From an uncultured Rhodospirillaceae bacterium (GTDB taxonomy: Bacteria; Pseudomonadota; Alphaproteobacteria; UBA9219), in NCBI GenBank assembly GCA_964587125.1, contig CAZPKC010000006.1:7881-71880 (forward strand): a stretch of 64,000 bases of DNA, given 5' to 3'. Position 1 is the first letter of the stretch. The number at the start of each line of letters is the position of its first letter. This document shows positions 60,317 through 64,000 of this stretch, piece after piece. Made by a program: the position numbers and the translations under genes. The notes beneath the pieces are model-generated. The model worked only from the letters and a program-made list of their open reading frames with translations. It was not told the DNA's origin and ran no database searches.

Positions 60317-60388
60317 GTCGATCATCTAACACAACATTTCCTAAACTAACAACTGGAAGTACGGGGACTTTGCTGCTAGACAAAATTC

Positions 60389-61252
60389 ATGACGAATCCG
60401 CAACAAATGCTGGCCGATCTTGAATGGCAGGTCGATATCGGCGCCGACGAGGCTATCGGCGAAAAGCCCTGCCTCGCAAAGTGGGCATCTGGAACCAAAA
60501 ACGTTGGATTGGATAAAAAAGAGGCCGTAACCGAACCCCCGTTTTTAGAAAACAGCCAAAAACAGGGTAGATTTTCCCCATCCGATACCCTCTTCCCCCA
60601 ACCCGCCCGCCAAGCCCCAATACCGGATGCAAGGCCCCGTGCCGGATGTTCCGCCCAAACGCTTGACGAGTTGCGCGACGAGCTTTCGAAATTCGAAGGA
60701 TGCGCTTTACGCTCGACAGCCATGAATCTGGTTTTTGCCGACGGGAATCCCGCCTCGCCCGTCATGTTCATCGGCGAAGCCCCCGGGGAAGACGAAGACC
60801 GGCAGGGAAAACCCTTTGTCGGGGTTAGCGGCCAGCTGTTCGACCGGATGCTGGTCGCAGCGAGCATGGCGCGCAAGGACATTTATATATCCAACATCCT
60901 GTTTTGGCGTCCTCCCGGCAACAGGACACCGACGGATGCCGAAATCGCGGCGTGCCTTCCTTTTGTCGAACGCCATATCTCATTGATAAAACCTAAAATT
61001 TTAGTTCTTTTGGGCGGCGTCGCAGCTAAAACCCTTTTGCGTACGACCGAGGGCATTACGCGCCTTCGGGGCCGATGGACGACCTATAATATGCCCCAAG
61101 AGTCTGGCTTCGATACCCCCATTCCTTGTCTGCCGATCTATCACCCTGCCTATCTGCTGCGTCAAGCAAGCGCCAAACGTCAAGCGTGGAACGACATTTT
61201 ATTGCTCAAAAAACGCCTCAAAGAAATTAACGCATTGAAAAACAACGAATAA
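60389..61252 (+). CDS. Uracil-DNA glycosylase, family 4, with N-terminal extension
   Basis: [31 protein letters not shown]...; HPAYLLR near the C-terminus. Confidence 0.85.
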   Translation: MTNPQQMLADLEWQVDIGADEAIGEKPCLAKWASGTKNVGLDKKEAVTEPPFLENSQKQGRFSPSDTLFPQPARQAPIPDARPRAGCSAQTLDELRDELSKFEGCALRSTAMNLVFADGNPASPVMFIGEAPGEDEDRQGKPFVGVSGQLFDRMLVAASMARKDIYISNILFWRPPGNRTPTDAEIAACLPFVERHISLIKPKILVLLGGVAAKTLLRTTEGITRLRGRWTTYNMPQESGFDTPIPCLPIYHPAYLLRQASAKRQAWNDILLLKKRLKEINALKNNE

Positions 61253-61259
61253 ATTTTAT

Positions 61260-63212
61260 TTGCCTGTTTTTGGCAGTCGATTTTTCTTGCCCTCCCTTAC
61301 TTTCGTCCCTACAGCGTCACGCATGAACGACGTTTCGGCCAAAGAACAACCCTCCCGTCGCCTGCCCAAGATGGCAGCGATGGCGCTTGTCTTTTGGGGA
61401 TTAAGTTCCGGCTCTCCTTTGGACGCCGCGCCGGTTTGGATGCTTCAGAACGATTTGCCCCCGCATATCGCTCCTCAGGCAAAACTCCCTTTCGATGATA
61501 ACCAAATCAGCGTGTTATCGGAAGACGATGCCATTTTATACCGCGCCGCCTTTGCCGCGCAGGAAAAGGCCGATTGGACCTATGCCGATAAAGCCTTGGC
61601 GCAGATCACGGATAAAAGGCTTGTCGGGCACGTTTTGGCCGATCGTTATTTGCGCAGGCAAATGACCCCGAACGAGGCCACGCAATGGTTCGCTTCCTAT
61701 TCGTCCCTGCCCGAAGCCGAGACGCTTTACGACCAAGTCAAAAAGCTTAAAGGCCTTCCTGCCGCTTCCATCCCCCAACCTAAAGCCGTCGAAGAATGGC
61801 AAGGCAGCAACGGGTTTACTTCTTCTTCAGGCTTCCGAAACGTCAACGACAATGACGATCCCCTTCCCAAAAATCCTATCGAAACCGAAATAAATTCCGC
61901 TTTGCGCCACGGCGATGCGGCCAAAGCGCGTGAAATTCTGGATGCAGGATTAAACCGGGGCGCCTTGTCGATAACCCAATCGGGCGACCTTATCAGCCGT
62001 ATCGCCGCAAGTTTCTATTATCAGGGCGAGATCGAGAACGCGCGCAAGATGGCGCGCAGGGCCGTCGACTCCGGCGTTCCTTTCGGATTATGGATCGAGG
62101 GGCTTTCGGCTTGGACGCAGCGAGATTTCGGGACTTCCGCCTATTCCTTCGCGGAGCTTGCCGATACGAAGGGGCTTTCCTCATGGGACCGCGCCACGGC
62201 CGCTTATTGGGCCTATCGCGCCGAAAGCCGCCTTGGCGATAAGGCTCAGGCGCACCGCTGGCTGGCCGAAGCGGCAAAATCTCCGCAAAGCTTCTACGGG
62301 GCTATGGCTGTCCGCCTGATGGGACGTTCCCCCGAACATTCGTGGAAATTGCCGGAATTAAGCGCCAAATCCATTTCTCTCTTGACGTCCCAAGATGCCG
62401 GTTGGCAGGCTTTGGCTTTGGCTCAAATCGGGCGCGCCGATCTGGCGGAAAGCGAATTGCGCCAGATGCTTTCGGTTGAAAGTTCGCGCGACATGCAGAT
62501 GGCAGCTCTTGCTCTGGCGGAAGAAGCCCACATGCCGTCCCTCCTCCTTCAACTCAGCAGCGTAGCCGTTCGCGCGAACGGAAAGCCTTTCGACGCCGCC
62601 CTTTATCCCCTTCCGCCGTGGCAGCCTTCGGGCGGATTCACGGTCGATCGCGCCTTGATTTACGCAATCATGCTTCATGAATCCCAGTTCGATACGGAGG
62701 CAGTCAGTTCGCGCGGCGCGTGCGGCCTGATGCAGATTATGCCCTCGACCGCGCGGCGCATCGCCAACGATAACAGGGTCGTCCGCGTGGCGAGACACAC
62801 TTGCCCCGACACTCTGTTGGATCCCTCGACCAATATGAGCATGGGGCAGAAATTCGTCCACATTCTGGCCGAAAGGCCGATGATCGGCGATAATTTGCTT
62901 TTCCTGCTTGCCGCTTATAACGGAGGCCCGGGAAATCTCGCGCATTGGCTCGCCGGAGCTGACCGCTCCGATCCGCTTCTGTTTCTCGAAAGCCTGCCCG
63001 TCCGCGAGACCCGCGATTACGTGCAGCAGGTTATGATGCACTATTGGATGTACCGTTCGCGCCTGTCGGAGCCGGATACAGCAGCAGCCTCGTTGGCGCG
63101 CGGCGAATGGCCGAGATACGCATTAGGCGACGCAAGCGCGACGAAACGCGCCGACGCGGAAGGGCTTGAATTAGCGAGCCTTGAGTTGGCTAAAATGAAC
63201 GGGACGCGATAA
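61260..63212 (+). CDS. Soluble lytic murein transglycosylase (Slt family)
   Basis: Catalytic-domain motif IMLHESQFDTEAVSSRGACGLMQIMPSTARRIA (ES...GLMQ). N-terminal superhelical/TPR-like region. The start is probably the internal MNDVSAKEQ Met, about 63 nt downstream of 61260. Confidence 0.85.
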   Translation: MPVFGSRFFLPSLTFVPTASRMNDVSAKEQPSRRLPKMAAMALVFWGLSSGSPLDAAPVWMLQNDLPPHIAPQAKLPFDDNQISVLSEDDAILYRAAFAAQEKADWTYADKALAQITDKRLVGHVLADRYLRRQMTPNEATQWFASYSSLPEAETLYDQVKKLKGLPAASIPQPKAVEEWQGSNGFTSSSGFRNVNDNDDPLPKNPIETEINSALRHGDAAKAREILDAGLNRGALSITQSGDLISRIAASFYYQGEIENARKMARRAVDSGVPFGLWIEGLSAWTQRDFGTSAYSFAELADTKGLSSWDRATAAYWAYRAESRLGDKAQAHRWLAEAAKSPQSFYGAMAVRLMGRSPEHSWKLPELSAKSISLLTSQDAGWQALALAQIGRADLAESELRQMLSVESSRDMQMAALALAEEAHMPSLLLQLSSVAVRANGKPFDAALYPLPPWQPSGGFTVDRALIYAIMLHESQFDTEAVSSRGACGLMQIMPSTARRIANDNRVVRVARHTCPDTLLDPSTNMSMGQKFVHILAERPMIGDNLLFLLAAYNGGPGNLAHWLAGADRSDPLLFLESLPVRETRDYVQQVMMHYWMYRSRLSEPDTAAASLARGEWPRYALGDASATKRADAEGLELASLELAKMNGTR

Positions 63213-63326
63213 ATAAAAGCGGATTAAACTGTTTTTAACCAAGAATATTAAGAGCTTATAAATCATGTTCTTGTATTCTCGGCATCGTGCATTGAGTGAA
63301 AGTAATTATTTTAAAGGCATCTGGAA

Positions 63327-63683
63327 ATGGAGCCAAACAACACCTATAATGGTATCCGATCTGGCGGCGTCGAGTGTGTCTCGATGCCGAGAGTGTTGGG
63401 TGCGGTTATGGAAGAAGTAAAAAAGAATCTGACTCAGACTATGGCTGCAGCGGGGAAAGAAGTCGTCGCAAACCCGGGCGGCGTGCCTCGTACGTTTGAT
63501 TTTGAGCACAGATCTATGGAGGAGTTTCCTGCATGGTGGGCTGCGCGCGAGAAGGAAATTAATCTCCTCATTGCGAAGATTGAAGCGGAAGAACAGCCAG
63601 TCGTTGAAAGAAGGAAAGAGTCGGGAGTGGAAGAACTCAATCGGGTTGTCAAAGTTATGCGAGCGAATTTCGCCTTTAGTTGA
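63327..63683 (+). CDS. Small hypothetical protein, paralog 1 (possibly starts at an internal Met, ~90 aa)
   Basis: AT-rich ORF. C-terminal KESGVEELNRVVKVMRANF is shared with the next ORF. Confidence 0.45.
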   Translation: MEPNNTYNGIRSGGVECVSMPRVLGAVMEEVKKNLTQTMAAAGKEVVANPGGVPRTFDFEHRSMEEFPAWWAAREKEINLLIAKIEAEEQPVVERRKESGVEELNRVVKVMRANFAFS

Positions 63684-63949
63684 ACATGGAGAACGTGAGA
63701 AAGAGTCTGACTCAGACATTAGTCACGGCGAAGACAGAAGTCGCTGCAGGCCTCGACGACGTGCCTGACACATTAGATTTTGAACGTATGTCTATGGAAG
63801 AGCTTAGGGCCTGGTGGGTTACAGAAAAGGAAAGGCTTGATCGAAAGTATGGACTGCACTCGCCGGATGTTGGAAAAAAGAAAGAGTCTGGACTGGAAGA
63901 ACTCAATCGAGTTGTCAAAGTTATGCAGAATCATCTCGCTTGTAGCTGA
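63680..63949 (+). CDS. Small hypothetical protein, paralog 2 (89 aa)
   Basis: Collinear similarity to the preceding ORF (KSLTQT..., DFE(H)RSMEE(L/F)(R/P)AWW, KESGLEELNRVVKVMQNH). Its start overlaps the previous stop. Confidence 0.45.
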   Translation: MNMENVRKSLTQTLVTAKTEVAAGLDDVPDTLDFERMSMEELRAWWVTEKERLDRKYGLHSPDVGKKKESGLEELNRVVKVMQNHLACS

Positions 63950-64000
63950 ATATCCCGCAGTTCAGATCATAGCTGCGCGACAATTTTCTTCCAAAATTAA

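Overview
This 64-kb window is a high-GC chromosomal segment with alphaproteobacterial-type gene order. Nearly all coding is housekeeping.

Core genes:
- A complete 14-subunit complex I operon, nuoA-B-C-D-E-F-G-H-I-J-K-L-M-N, lies on the minus strand from about 35.7 to 51.0 kb and is followed directly by birA.
- Other housekeeping blocks are purL-bolA-grxD, secG-pyrG, ribA, panB, a class II DAHP synthase, an aspartate aminotransferase, phaC, a PAP2 phosphatase, and the start of the dcw cluster (mraZ-rsmH-ftsL-ftsI).
- The right end carries tRNA-Thr(TGT), a family-4 uracil-DNA glycosylase and an Slt-type lytic transglycosylase.

Non-core content that I can support from the sequence:
1. A transglutaminase-like cysteine protease (LapG-like) sits immediately upstream of a membrane receptor whose HD-GYP domain has lost its catalytic residues. 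I propose this as a LapD/LapG-like module that uses HD-GYP instead of GGDEF-EAL.
2. The nuo operon has two unusual insertions. One is a GIY-YIG nuclease-family ORF translationally coupled to nuoF, followed by a roughly 190-nt multi-hairpin element before nuoG. The other is an orphan family-3 solute-binding protein between nuoL and nuoM.
3. A divergent two-partner secretion pair (TpsA exoprotein and TpsB transporter).
4. Two large orphan proteins at the left end:
   - one with an HExxH motif plus a vWA domain, partial in this window;
   - one of 917 aa whose C-terminal region carries a VanX-like M15 D-Ala-D-Ala dipeptidase signature.
5. An operon of a small membrane protein, a TrpE-G/PhzE-like fusion enzyme and an MBL-fold hydrolase.
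6. An orphan PstS-like solute-binding protein divergent from a Cache-domain chemoreceptor.
7. An MsrA fused to an AT-rich unknown N-terminal domain, next to the tRNA-Thr, which has tandem copies of its 5' segment.
8. Tandem paralogous small low-GC ORFs at the window end.

I found no rRNA, CRISPR array, integrase or transposase.

All calls rest on reading the translations and the DNA directly, with no database searches. Coordinates of hand-placed starts may be off by a few nucleotides.
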